Shown in pieces: positions 38,790 through 51,279 of a stretch of 64,000 bases of DNA. The stretch lies in assembly GCF_018977255.1 (NCBI RefSeq), contig NW_024704755.1:11594001-11658000 (forward strand), in the 5' to 3' direction. The notes under the pieces are model-generated. The model was not told where the DNA came from and ran no database searches. It saw nothing but the letters and a program-made list of their open reading frames with translations. Position 1 is the first letter of the stretch; every line of letters begins with the position of its first letter. Made by a program: the position numbers and the translations under genes. The DNA comes from Callorhinchus milii. Lineage: Eukaryota.

Positions 38790-39610
38790 CACATACATCC
38801 TGGAAAATAAAAACCTAAATGGGGTAGAGGAGCAAAGGGATCTAGGGGTAGACATACACAATTCACTAAAAGTAGCAACGCAGGTTAATAAGGCCATAAA
38901 AAAAGCAAACCAGGCATTGGGGTTCATTTCTAGAAGGATAGAAATGAAAAACAGGGAAGATATGGTAAACTTCTATAGAACCTTGGTTACACCACACTTA
39001 GAATACTGTGTGCAGTTCTGGTCCCCACATTACAGAAGTGTTGTAGAGGCACTGGAGAGGGTGCAAAGGAGATTCACAAGGATGATCCCAGAACTGTGAG
39101 GTTATACCTATCAGGAAAGGCTGAACATGCTTGGACGCTTTTCTCTTGAAAAGAGGAGGGTAAGGGTTGACCTGATAGAGGTCTTTAAAATCTTGAAAGG
39201 TTTTGATAGGGTAGACATAAATAAGATGTTTCCACTTGTGGGGGAGATCAAAACCAGGGGCCATCAATATAAAATAGTCACAAATAGATCAGATAAGGAA
39301 TTTGAAGAAATTTCTTCACACAGAGAGTAGTGGAAATGTGAAACTTGCTACTACAAGGGGTTGTTGACGAAAATAGCATGATGTATTTAAGGGAAAGCTA
39401 GATTGGTACATAAGGGAGAACAACAACAACAACAAGATTACATTTGTATAGCGCCTTTCATGTCGGGAGGAAAGGAATAGAAGGTTATGCTTGAAGGCTT
39501 AGTTGAGGAAGAGCAGGAGGAAGCTCATGTGGAGCATAAACACCGGCATAGACCAGTTAGGTGAAATGGCCTGTTTCTGTGCTGTATGTTCTAATGTATT
39601 CTAATGTAAT
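38790..39610 (+). mobile_element. CR1 LINE 3' fragment
   Basis: QRDLGVDIHNSLK...YRTLVTPHLEYCVQFWSPHY...ALERVQRRFTRMIP; FSLEKRRVRVDLIEVFKI. Confidence 0.9.
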
Positions 39611-39725
39611 TTTGTGATCTTAGTTGCTTTACTTCCGTTTGCAGTTAAATGTTTGAGCCCTTTTTGCAGTTGGTGTTTGTGGGTTTTGCTTTATGTCCGG
39701 AAACTCTGCTAAACTAATACCACGA
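38950..39725. repeat. Inverted duplication of a CR1 3' end plus unique flank (partner 44038-44885)
   Basis: The reverse complement shares the same nested tail insertion and ~120 bp of non-CR1 flank (GGTGTTTGTGGGTTTTGCTTTATGTCC). Confidence 0.85.
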
Positions 39726-39929
39726 CGATGATTCAGCTGCCCATTACCCTTTGCCATTTTGACACCATGTCCAACATTAACCGTTTCATACAGCTTGAAT
39801 TGATCTGGTATGGACTCTGACATCTGGAGAAACTCCCTTCTCTTTCTCCAATAGTGTTGCAGGATCTTTAATGTCTCTTGTGAACACGGTACAAACGGGA
39901 CCTCAATTTATCATCTCATCTGAGAGGTT

Positions 39930-40095
39930 CAGAGAGACAGAGGAGAGAGTGTGAGAGACACATTGTGTCTAAGAGAAAAAGAGAGAGAGAGTGTGAGAAA
40001 CACAGCGTATAAGAGAGAAAGAGAGGGACATAGCGTGTGAGAGTCAGACTGAAAGTGTGTGAGAGTTACAGCGTTTGTGAGAGAGAGCCTGAGAG
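39930..40095. repeat. Degenerate (GA)n simple repeat
   Basis: GA-rich low-complexity tract. Confidence 0.7.
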
Positions 40096-40109
40096 GAAAG
40101 CAAAAACAA

Positions 40110-41180
40110 TACAATACAATATTACATTTGTAAAGTGCCTTTCATGTCTGGAGGACATCTCAAAGCACTGAACAGTCAGGGTCATTAGGACCTGAGCAGG
40201 ATGGGGATTTGGGATCAGGGAGGGTGGAGGGCAGAGAAAGTAGGAGAGTGGCCGAAGATATGGTCGAAGAGAAGAGTTTGGAGACTCACCTTGAAGAAGG
40301 CAAGGGTGGGTATGACGGGGTCACGGAGCATGGTGCGAGAGAGGACACGAGCGAAGAGTTCTGGATGATCTGCAGCCTGTGGAGGGAAGTTTTGGGAAGG
40401 CCGATAAGCAAGGAGTTGGCATAGTCGAGCCTACATGTAATGAAGGCATATATGAGGGTTTCAGCGGCCTGAGGGGTGAGGCAGGAGTGGACTCAGGCAA
40501 TGTTGCAGAGGTGGGGAGAAGGCAGAGGGAGTTCATGGCACGGATGTGGGGGAGAAAGGACAGTTGAGGTTCGAACAAGATGCCTAGCGTCCTGACTGGC
40601 TTGGTGAGGTGGAGTGTGCATCTGTGGATACTGATCCTGCCAATGCCTGAGGTGCAGAGGGGCTGGCATGAGCTAATCAGGAGAGTCTTGGTTTTGCTGA
40701 CGTTCAACTGTAGAAAGTTGACTCTCATCCAGGACTTGATGTTTGACAGGCACTCGGCAGGACAGCAGTGGTCCTGGAGTCAAGGGTGGAGGCAGAGATA
40801 TAGAGTTGGGTATCATCTGCAAACATGTGGAAGTTGACCCCATGTCTGCGGATGATGTCACCAAGAGGGAGCATGTCCAGGTTGAAGAGGAGAGGACCAA
40901 GGACAGATCCCTGAGGAACATTGCACCAGACGGTGCAGGGGCTGGACGAGAAGCTGTTTGTGGAGACAGTGGAGCTGGTGTGAGAGACAGGATCTGAACC
41001 ATTCAAGGACAGAACCTTGAAGGTTAAGTTAAGAGGAGAGGTGGTGGAAGAGGATGGAGTGGTCCACATTGTTGAAGGCAGCAAAGAGGTCAAGGAGAAT
41101 GAGGAGACAGAGGGAGCCCTGATCAAAGATGGACAGAATGTCATTTGTCACCTTGTCCAGGGCTATTTCCACACTGTGGG
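40110..41180 (-). mobile_element. L2 LINE fragment (RT + 3' end)
   Basis: [40 protein letters not shown]; [11 protein letters not shown]...LLDLFAAF. Confidence 0.9.
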
Positions 41181-42109
41181 TGAAAGATTTTATTTGCTGT
41201 CGGGCAGCCTGTGAAGCATGTTGAGATGTTCTGAAGATGTGATGAGAGAAATGTAAGGATAATAATAATAATCCTTGCATTTGATATAAATTTGATATAT
41301 TTTCACGTCTGCCGTGTTTCGTCCACAAAATATCCAGTCAATTCACATCACAGTATATTCTGTGAAGCGCTTTGAGACATCTAGATGACATGATAAGGCT
41401 ATTTTTAGTTGCAATATCAAATGCAAGGATAATTATTATTATTATTATCTTTTGAGACCCATTTTGCATGAATAGCAAACAACCATTGTGAAACAACACA
41501 TTTCAGATCTGCAAAGTCTTGTGCAGCTTGGATTACACTGCTGGCTAAAGATCGACTTCACATATTTCTTTTTAATTACTCCAATTTTTTTGACTCCTAA
41601 AGAGGAGAACATGACCCATGAACATCCTGACAACACATCTTATTTTGGCTGTGAGTTTGCAAAATAGCCACAAGGTGGCCAAATTGACTTAAACTATTTT
41701 CAGTTTCTTATTCCTTGCATTGAGCATCAGTTCCTTAAAGGAGAAAATAATTCATGAAGGGATAAATAGATATAAATATAACTAGCTTCCATGGCTAACA
41801 CCAGCTTTGATTCAGTGTATGCCCCAAGCAAAACAGCAATGATTGTATGTGGTTATGCATTCAAATAATAATAGGTACAGCTGATTTAGTGTCGTATGTC
41901 AAAACATCTCAAAGCCTGTCATGGGATTTCACTGTAATAATAATCCTTGCATTTGATATAGCACTTTTCTAGATGTCTCAAAATGCTTCACAGAATATAC
42001 TGTAAAGTGAATTGACTATATATTTGTGGGTGAAACACGGCAGTCAATTGCGCAGAAACAATCATGGATTAAAGTTACCAATTTTATTATTTTTTTTCTT
42101 GAGGGATTG

Positions 42110-42425
42110 CTATTGTAGAGTGTAGTCACTGTGTACTTGTAGGCAAATGAGGCAAACAATTTGCACAAAGCAGTGACCCATAAACAGCTATGAAATGAAT
42201 GACCAAATTGTTAACTGGAGGAGAATTGGTCAGAACACAAGGAGAAATTCCCTCCTCTTTCCAAACAGTACCATTGGACCTTTAACGTCCACCTGAACAG
42301 GCAGACAAGACTTTGATTTAACGTCTCATTTGAGGAATAGAAATTCTTAACAATGCTGAGCTCCCAATATGTTGAAATATTAGCTCAAATCCCATAACTT
42401 CATGACTCAGAGACAAGAGTGTAGG
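42110..42425 (-). mobile_element. Old Deu-domain SINE (paralogous copy at ~47960-48360)
   Basis: CTTTAACGTCCACCTGAACAGGCAGAC is the reverse complement of the Deu core seen at 12.0 and 16.5 kb. Confidence 0.6.
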
Positions 42426-42711
42426 ATGTGATGTAATGTAATGGGGATGTAATTTTGTCACACACTGTCTAGGAAGTATTGACAGGAAATGTTTCTATGC
42501 AGACACACTGCAGACAAGCCAATAGACATTTCAATGTTACACAGCGGAGGCTTTAATAAGCACATGAAAATTGCACCACCTGGTTTATCAAACAGCAAAA
42601 AATCCAAAATGCTCACCAGCCAAGATTAGTAAACTTAGTGAAGAATGGACAATCAACCCCAAAATAACATTAAGACCGTAGCTGTTTGAAGCAGACTTGT
42701 TGAAGGAAAAG

Positions 42712-42920
42712 ATAATAATAATAATAATAATCCTTGCATTTGATATAGCGCTTTTCACGTCGGGAGGACGTCCCAAAGCGCTTCACAGGACACACTATAA
42801 AGTGAATTGACTGTATATTTGTGAGCGAACGCGGCAGCCAATTGCGCACAGCAATGTCCCACAAACAGTCGTAGATTGAAAATGACCAATTTATTATTGT
42901 TTTTTGTTTGGAGGGATTAC
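42712..42920 (-). mobile_element. 5'-truncated young SINE inserted in a receptor 3' flank
   Basis: Paralogous flanks show the empty site GAAGGAAAAGATGCTGGCAATCC (48660, 52451, 55570). Confidence 0.85.
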
Positions 42921-43560
42921 TGGCAATCCATTCAAGACATTCACTCGAAACATCGGATCACTGAGCAAATGCATTGCTCTGTATGGTGATCAGACACATT
43001 TACAAGGAAGCATCAAAGATTAATTCCTGATGGGTGAATAACGGGAAGCTGTAAGAGAGCTGGGGTTTGACACACTCTTTAAGCAGAAAAAGGCCACAGG
43101 TGACAAAGTGTTTATTATCGATTTCTTACTGAACAGCGTGAAAATGGATAAATGATCAAACGGCAGTTGTTGACTTGCAACTTTACAGTTTCTTGCATTT
43201 GTGGAATAAACAAAGCATTCAATGTTGCCTCCACTGTATAACAGTTCTACACTAAAACAAAAATACCTTTCATACATATATGATAACAAATATCAAAAAT
43301 GCAAGGATTATTATTATGATACTATTCCACGCACCCACCCTGCTAGCTATGAATGTGACTGAATATAAACAACGCAAACCATCAGGTAACCTAATAAGCT
43401 ATTATAAACTGTGTTTTGCAACTATCTATGTACCAGTCAATGTTTACTCATTCTGCAGGAAAATACAATTGCAATAAAAATAGATATTGTTTGAACATTT
43501 TTTTTAAAGAAGCGGTCTGCAACAAGATTGTAAACGTACAGAGGAACGTTTTGGTAAGAG

Positions 43561-43942
43561 TAGGATTAGCAGTGTTACTAACAAAAGTTAAAACTTTAGA
43601 AAGCATCGAAATGTAACTATAAATACTTTCAATCTTTTCGAGTATTCTGGGTTTGAAGTCTTGTTCAGCACTGACGAAACCTTAATGACATTTCTTGTAT
43701 GATATGGTAACCAGCAAAGTGCAAACAGAATCACCACACCCACAATCAGCCTTCCAGTTTTATTCTTGCCCTAGGTTTGGAAGATTGACTCTTTTGAAAA
43801 CAGACCATCAGTGTGATGAACGGAATGACAAATCCAATCAAGGTTTCCAGCAGAAGAACTGTGATCTGCTGCTGATCAGATGAATATTCTCGTTTTAAAC
43901 GTGGGCGCCCATCTCTGATGTCAGTGGATGACAGGAATAGCG
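43561..43942 (-). pseudogene. Deleted fragment (TM4 end to TM7) of the divergent LTB4R-like clade
   Basis: Close DNA match to 53300-53712 (e.g. CAGAAGAACTGTGATCTGCTGCTGATC) with several small internal deletions. The 5' half and C-terminal tail are missing, and it joins directly to the shared 3' flank. Confidence 0.85.
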
Positions 43943-44149
43943 TTTTTCTAAATGTATGGGAAATTTCAACAGAACCACACTCTGCTAACAGAATCTAGTC
44001 GTAGTTCTGATGCACTTCTCTATTGCAGATTGCATAATTGTGGTGTTAGTTTAGCAGAATTTCTGGACATAAAGCAAAACCCACAAACACCAAATGCATA
44101 AAGATTTCAAACATTTAACTGCAAACGGAAGTAAAGCAACTAAGATCAC

Positions 44150-44885
44150 AAAATTACATTAGAATACATTGGAACATATAGCACAGAAACAGGCCATTTG
44201 ACCTAACTGGTCTATGCCGGTGTTTATGCTCCACATGAGCTTCCTCCTGCTCTTCCTCAACTAAGCCTTCAACCATAACCTTCTATTCCTTTCCTCCCGA
44301 CATGAAAGGCGCAATGCAAATGTAATCTTGTTGTTGTTCTCCCTCATGTATCAATCTAACTTTCCCTTAAATACATGCCCTTCCTCAACTAAGCCTTCAA
44401 GCGTAACCTTCTATTCCTTTCTCCCTCATGTACCTATTCAACTTTCCCTTAAATACATCTATGCTATTTTCGTCAACAACCCCTTGTGGTAGCAGTTCCA
44501 CATTCCCACTACTCTCTGTGTGAAGAAATTTCTTCTCATTTCCCTATTTGATCTATTTGTGACTATTTTATATTGATGGCCCCTGGTTTTGATCTCCCCC
44601 ACAAGTGGAAACATCTTATTTATGTCTACCCTATCAAAACTTTTCATAATTTTAAAGACCTCTATCCCTTACCCTCCTCTTTTCAAGAGAAAAGCATCCA
44701 AGCATGTTCAGCCTTTCCTGATAGGTATAACCTCTCAGTTCTGGGATCATCCTTGTGAATCTCCTTTGCACCCTCTCCAGTGCCTCTATATTTCTTCTGT
44801 AATCTGAGGACCAGAACTGCCCACGGTATTCTAAGTGTGGTCTAACCAAGATTCTATAGAAGTTTACCATAACTTCCCTACTTTG
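44150..44885 (-). mobile_element. CR1 LINE 3' fragment (inverted duplicate of the 39 kb copy)
   Basis: YRILVRPHLEYRGQFWS...LERVQRRFTRMIPEL; TRGHQYK...RRNFFTQRVV. Confidence 0.9.
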
Positions 44886-45303
44886 GAGCTGTTGCAGTAC
44901 TGGTGATCTCTGAAAAAAGGGCTGATCAGGCTTTGGGTTTTCAAGGCATAGAAGGCATGGTGAGAATGTGAAACTCACTGCCAGAAGTAAAATAAGAAAT
45001 AAAATAAGAAGTTGGCTTAGTAAGCAACCATAAAAAATCTGTTTCCTTGCTTTAATGTTCTGTACAATTCTACGAAAATCAACTAAAATAAAATTGATTT
45101 CCACCAATCTTAACAGAAAACTTATCATTTTCATTATGATACTTAATATCTGAGCAACCTGCATGACAACACATGGGAATTAATCATCTAACCTAAACCA
45201 TCAATCACATCCTTATTAATCTCTCAATTTTTAAATTGCAGTATGCTCAATGAATCCATATTATTTGTGGTTGCAAAACATACATATATAATGATAAGAT
45301 GTT

Positions 45304-46314
45304 TTATGGATCAATTCGTTCTTCTGTTTCCCTTCCTGAGTTTTCTTCTGCATTGTCCCTTCCTGGATTTTGAAGTTCTTCAGAAGGACGGTTTATATAT
45401 TCAAAGAGTTTAGCAAAACTTAAGATTTTAAACCCAGCCTTAAATCTCCGGGCAGCAAATGCATACAGAATAGGGTTACTGCAGCTGCTGATGAAAACTA
45501 AGGTTCCAGTAACAATATCCATTGTTTCAACAATGTTTTTTAATGTCAATGCAAATTCAGAGTTGCTGCTTTCGATCATCAGTGAAGAAATTGTGATGAT
45601 GTTTGTTATTTGATAAGGCGACCAGCAAAGTACAAAAGTTACTACAACCCCTATAATTAACTTTTCAGATTTCCCTCTTGTTTGAAAGGTCATTTGTTTT
45701 ATTCTTTTGAAAACAATGGTGTAACAGACCAACAGAGTGGTGAAAGGAACGACAAAACCAACCAAGAGCTTAAACAGACAAATTACTATTTGTTGCTGGC
45801 CGGACGAGTAGGAAGTCACACATTTTAGCTGTCCATTTCTATTTTCTAATTTTTGGATAATGAGAGAATAAATAGCAATCAGAAAAGCTGAAACCCAAAT
45901 ACTGATGATTGCTTTACCAATAAATCCATGAGTAGCAAATGGGTAGAGCGCAGCCATCAGGCGCTTGACACTCACCAAGGTGATGAAGAACAGACTGGCA
46001 TATAAAGAACAGAAGATGAGGAAGGTCGCAGTTTTACAGAACAGCTCTCCATAGACCCAGCCATTGACCAGGGAATGAATCCACAGCGGCAGAGTGATGA
46101 GCACGATGAAATCTGCAAAGGCCAGGTGCAATATCAGCTGGATAGTGGGAGATTTTGTTTTAATGTGGCGAAGAATAATCCAGATCACTAAAGCATTTCC
46201 CGGTCATCCTACAAGAAAAACGATACCAAGAACAACACAGCTCACTGCATTTTGCACTGGTCTAAAAGTGTGAAGAGTTGCATTCTGATCCACAGGGATA
46301 TTGGACAGCGCCAT
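45304..46314 (-). pseudogene. Full-length LTB4R-like pseudogene with an in-frame TGA at codon 37
   Basis: From ATG 46314: MALSNIPVDQNATLHTFRPVQNAVSCVVLGIVFLVG*PGNALVIW, TGA at 46206-46204, in frame with the 294-aa ORF. DRY-type motif reads VKRL, ICL2 is shortened and the TM4 Pro is replaced by Tyr. Confidence 0.85.
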
Positions 46315-46933
46315 TTGCCTAAGACTTCAGGCTGTTGCTTTGTGGACTGTAATTCCTTGTGATCCACGTGCAAGTTTTTTAACAAACACAGAGCTGATTT
46401 TGTTCTCAGCTATGTCAGTTGAAAAGTAACTTGTTTATCTCATTTCCTACGGTTTACAGGAAATTGCATGGGTGTGAAAGAAAAGCTTTAAAGCAGCATT
46501 CTGGTTGACAGCAGTGCAGCAGCTTTTTACATTGAAACTTCAGCACGTTCATCTGTCAGATGCTTTCATGTTCACAGGAACGTTTCAAAGTGCTTTCTTA
46601 CTTATATTTTTAATTAATACTTAAATTTGGGGTGAGAGTCACTGTTTTGAGAACAGTAACTTCCTACTGACATGAAAGCCCCTCAACCATATTATTAGTT
46701 AAAGAGGATTTTATTGCAGACGTGGAACCACAGATGGGTTTGGGTGGGTCACAACCCACCCAATTAGCACTCAGTCTCATCTGTCGGGGAGGGTGCAGGG
46801 CAGAAGGGGCAGAGATCGAAAGTAAAAAAAAAGGAAAAAAAGAAAAGTAAAACACTGTGTGTCTGTGCGTGTGCATAAATACCACAAATTAGTGCCCACC
46901 CATATTTCCATTCCAAGCTACACTACTATGTTA

Positions 46934-47118
46934 TAATAATAATAATCCTTGCATTTGATATGGCACCTTATCACGTCTCCGAGACGTCTCAAAGCACTTC
47001 AGAGAATATACTGTAAAGTGAATTGACTACATATTTTGTAGATGAAACGCAGCAGCCAATTGCACGCAGCAGTGCTCCACAAACAGTCGTGGTTTGAGTG
47101 ACCAAATAATTATTATTA
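46934..47118 (-). mobile_element. 5'-truncated SINE
   Basis: Core and (ATT)n tail of the same family. Confidence 0.75.
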
Positions 47119-48770
47119 AAATCCTCTGACACTAATCAGAAAGAGAAGGAAAGGAGATGTTTTTTATTTGATGCTCTGGCCAACAATCCTTCAGATAAAT
47201 TTAGTCATTCACCTCCTCGCTCTTTATGGGACCTTTCTTAGTGCAAAATGGCTACTGCTTTCATTTTCAAAAAGCAGTCACTGCACTTGACAATAATTAA
47301 TGTGGTCTCTTGCATATTGGCACAGACACAATGGAGCAAATGGCCTTCTTCTGTTCCATTAATTTCAATTTCTATGGATCTAGGGTAACCAGTGACTGAA
47401 GCAGAGTACCAGGAAAGGTGTTGGAGGACAGGACACTGGACTCGCTTAGAAAGCAGCTTGATACAATGATGAGGGATGGTAGGGTGCGTGTTCTGAAGCG
47501 ATGAGATTGAATAGGCCGATGCACTGCTGTCATCTAGACCAATTTTGTGATCTTTTGAGACGCATTTTGCATGGATAGGAAACAACCATTGTGAAACAAT
47601 GCATTTAATTTCAGTTTCACACCTCGAGTTTTCAGGTCTGTACACATGACCCACGAACATTCTGACAACACACGAGTTTGCAAAGCAGGTACAAGGTGGA
47701 TCAGTTGACTAAACTCTTTTTAGTTCTCAGTTCCTTGCATTGAGCATTGGTTCCTCAAAAGAGAAAATAATTCATGTGGGATAAATGGATATAAATATAA
47801 CTAACTACTGCGGCTAACAACTGCTTTGATTCAGAGTATGCCCCAAGCAAAACAGTTGATTACAGTATGAGGTTATCAATAATAATAATAATAATAGTAA
47901 TGCTTACAGCTGATTTAGAGCCTTGTGTCATCAAAACATCTCAAAGCATCTCACAGGATTTCACTGTAACGTGTAGTATATTTGTAGGCAAATGTCGCAA
48001 ACAATTTGCACAAAGCAGTGACCCAGAAGCAGCCATAAAGTGAATGACCAAATTTTTAACTGGAGGAGTATTGGTCAGACCACTAGGAGAAATTCTCTTC
48101 TCTTTTCAAACACTGCCATTGGACCTTTAATGTCCGTCCACCTTAACGCACCTTAATAAGTCCTTGCGTTCAAGTCTCATTTGAGGTATGGAAACTCTTA
48201 ACAACGCTGAGCTCCCAAAGTATTGAAATATCAGCCAGGACGGTGAGCTCAAACCGCTTAATTCTTGCATTTGAAATAGCGCTTTTCACGTCGGGAGGAC
48301 ATCCCAAAGCGCTTCACAGAACACAGAACAGCATAACTTCATGACTCAGAGGCGAGTGTGGTATGTAATGTATAACGTGATGTAATGTGGAAGTAATTTT
48401 TTCACATTGTCTAGGAAGTACTGACGAGAAGTATTTTCATGCAGACACATTGCAGACACGCAACAGTTCATTATTTTATAGGCCAATACACATTTCAATG
48501 TGACAGTTTTAACAAGGAAATCAAATTGTACCACCTGGTTTATCAAACAGCAAAAAAATCCCAAATGCTCACCTGCCAAGATTATTAAATTTAGCAAATA
48601 TTCCAGAATCAACCCCACAAATAACACTAGGACCGTAGATGTTTGAAGCCTACTTGCTGAAGGAAAAGATGCTGGCAATCCATTCAAAAATTCATTAAAA
48701 ATACAGGATCATTGAACAAATGCATGCTTTGTATGGCGATCAGACATATTTATCAAGAACAATCAAAGAA

Positions 48771-49096
48771 TATAATAATAATAATAATAATAATCCTTGC
48801 ATTTGATATAGCGCTTTTCACGTCGGGAGGACGTCCCAAAGCGCTACACAGAACACACTGTAAAGTAAATTGACTATATTTGTGGGCGAACGCGGCAGCC
48901 AATTGCGCACAGCAATGTCCCACAAACAGTCGTAGATTGAAAATGACCAATTTATTATTGTTTTTTTTGGTTTTTGCAGGGATTATTATTAGGCTCTGTG
49001 TGGAGTAAGGAAACTTGCCCAAGGTTTCGCCCTCTGCCTGGAATTGAACTCAAGTCTCTCACTTGCAAAGCGAGTGCTCTAACCACTGAGCTACAG
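48771..49096 (-). mobile_element. Young tRNA-derived SINE, near full length
   Basis: Same subfamily as the 7.9 and 28.6 kb copies; paralogous flanks show the empty site ATCAAAGATTAATTCCTGATG. Confidence 0.88.
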
Positions 49097-50057
49097 TTCC
49101 TGATGTGGGAAGCTCTAAGAGGGCTGGGGTTTGATAGGCACTTTCAGCAAAAAAAAGGCCACATATGACAAAGGCTTCATCATTCAAATGCATTGCTCCG
49201 TATGGTGATCAGATACATTTACAAGGAAGCATCAAAGATTAATTCCTGATGGGTGTATAACGGGAAGCCGTAAGAGAGCTGGGGTCCGACACACTCTTTC
49301 AACAGAAAAAGGCCACAGGTGACAAAGTGTTTATTATCAATTTCTTACTAAACAGCATGAAAATGGATAAATGAACAAACAGAAGTAGTTGACTTGCAAC
49401 TTTATAGTTTCTTTCAGTTGTGGAATAAACAAAGCATTCAATGTTACCACCACTGTAATAAAAGCTCTACACAAAAATACCTTTCATACCATATTGATAC
49501 CAAATATCAAATAACTAAAATCAAATATCAAAACTTTGTAATTTTTTTCACTTGTGGAATAAAAGCATTAAACAATGATAGTTTACTAAATACTGTACAA
49601 TAATAGCACAAAAACAGCTTTCATCCATATGTACCATTCATTGCATCCATCCTGCTCGCTATCAATGTGACTCAATGCAAGTCAAAACAAACCATCGGGC
49701 AACTTAACAAGCTATTATAAATTGTGTTTCACAACAACAGGAACAATATCGACACAGATTTGCATTTATATAGTACTTATCACGTCAGGAGGACATCCAA
49801 AGCCATTGGAAAGCCCTCCTGATGTGACTATCTATGAACCAGTCAGGGATTACTCATTCTGCAGTAAAATTGCAATATTTCAAAAAACAAAACATTGTTT
49901 TTTTCAAAGAAATAGAATGCAGCGTAATTGTAAATGTAGGGAGAAAGATTTTCGCAAGAGAATCTGTTAGAGAATATACAATGCTTAATGAGGCTCCATT
50001 ATAACATCATGATCCATTATCAATTTTAATACATTTAAAAATTCATGCAGCTGTGGC

Positions 50058-51065
50058 TTAGGCTGGTATTTCACTTGTCTCGTTCTTCTCTTTGGAAGAA
50101 TTGTTCATTTGTTCAAAGAGTCTTGCGATACTGGACATTTTAAATCCACTCTTGAAGCTCCGAGCAGCAAATGCATAGAGGACAGGATTAGCGGTGTTAC
50201 TAACGAAAGTTAAAACTTTAGAAAGCATCGAAATGTAACTTTCAATACTTTTCAATCTTTTCGAGTATTCTGGGTTTGAAGTCTTGTTCAGCACTGACGA
50301 AACCTTAATGACATTTCTTGTATGATATGGTAACCAGCAAAGTGCAAACAGAATCACCACACCCGCAATCAGCCTTCCAGTTTTACCCTTGTCCCTGGTT
50401 TGGAAGTTCATCAGTTTGACTCTTTTGAAAATAAAAGTGTAACAGACCATCAGTGTGATGAACGGAATGACAAATCCAATCAAGGTTTCCAGCAGAAGAA
50501 CTGTGATCTGCTGCTGATCGGATGAATATCTTCGTTTTAAACGTGGGCGCCCATCTCTGATGTCAGCGGCAACCACTAGGATGACAGGAATAGCGAAGAG
50601 AAAACCTGAAAGCCAGACAGCAGTGACCACTTTACCAACATGTCCTCGTTGCCACCACTTCTGAGCGGTGATCGGATAGAGCACAGCCACAAAGCGCTCA
50701 ATGCTCATGACTGTGATGAGGAACACGCTGGTGTACATGGATGAGAAGAGTAAATAGCCGCTGATTTTCCAGAAAACCAATCCAAGGAACGGAGCATTTG
50801 CAATATCGGAAGCGAAAAAAGGCACCGAGACGAGAGCCATGAGATCTGCCACAGCCAGGTTTAATATCAGCGAGACGGTGGGAGATCGGTGCTTAATATT
50901 CATGAAGATATTCCAGATCACTACGGAATTCCCTGTTGCTCCAACAAGAAAAATAAAACCATAGACACAGGCAATTGCAGTACGCACTGCAACATCAGTG
51001 TGATGAGTTGTATTCAGTCCTGAAGACATGTTGGCCGGCATCATTCTGGTAACAATTTGCTCCAT
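50058..51065 (-). CDS. Divergent LTB4R-like GPCR, copy 1 (335 aa; lacks C3.25 and ECL2 Cys)
   Basis: Intact ORF (ATG 51065, or the second ATG of MMPANMS). GATGN, LNLAVAD, SIERF, CWLPYH, NPVLY; shares KHRSPTVSLILNLA and YAFAAR with the other cluster genes. Confidence 0.88.
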   Translation of the reverse strand: MEQIVTRMMPANMSSGLNTTHHTDVAVRTAIACVYGFIFLVGATGNSVVIWNIFMNIKHRSPTVSLILNLAVADLMALVSVPFFASDIANAPFLGLVFWKISGYLLFSSMYTSVFLITVMSIERFVAVLYPITAQKWWQRGHVGKVVTAVWLSGFLFAIPVILVVAADIRDGRPRLKRRYSSDQQQITVLLLETLIGFVIPFITLMVCYTFIFKRVKLMNFQTRDKGKTGRLIAGVVILFALCWLPYHTRNVIKVSSVLNKTSNPEYSKRLKSIESYISMLSKVLTFVSNTANPVLYAFAARSFKSGFKMSSIARLFEQMNNSSKEKNETSEIPA

Positions 51066-51279
51066 TGCTTTTACAATCAGTTGTGCACAGAAAGCTCTCT
51101 CCAGAAACCATTCAAATACCGTTCTTTAAAGTAATCAGCTGCTGTTTCAGACAGAAGAAGTGCTCTGTGCTTTCACCACTAGCTATTTTACAGAACTGAT
51201 AACAGCATTGCAGAAGAGTATTGTTTTCCCAAACGTAATGCAACATTGCAACATGAGCAAAAGACATTCTGCTAACAGA

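Larger units (their letters stand above)
38358..43942. repeat. Older segmental duplication paralogous to 47222-50596
   Basis: 38358-38790 aligns with 47222-47550 and 41446-43942 with 47551-50596. About 2.6 kb of CR1/L2/SINE sequence (38790-41445) is present only in this copy. Confidence 0.75.

Noticed and set aside
44652-45164. 170-aa ORF with a hydrophobic N-terminus
   Set aside because: Chance fusion of AT-rich flank to a CR1 ORF2 fragment; no evidence of a real gene.
46204-46206. TGA as a selenocysteine codon
   Set aside because: The aligned position is Val/Ala in paralogues, not Cys; no SECIS recognised and other motifs are degraded.
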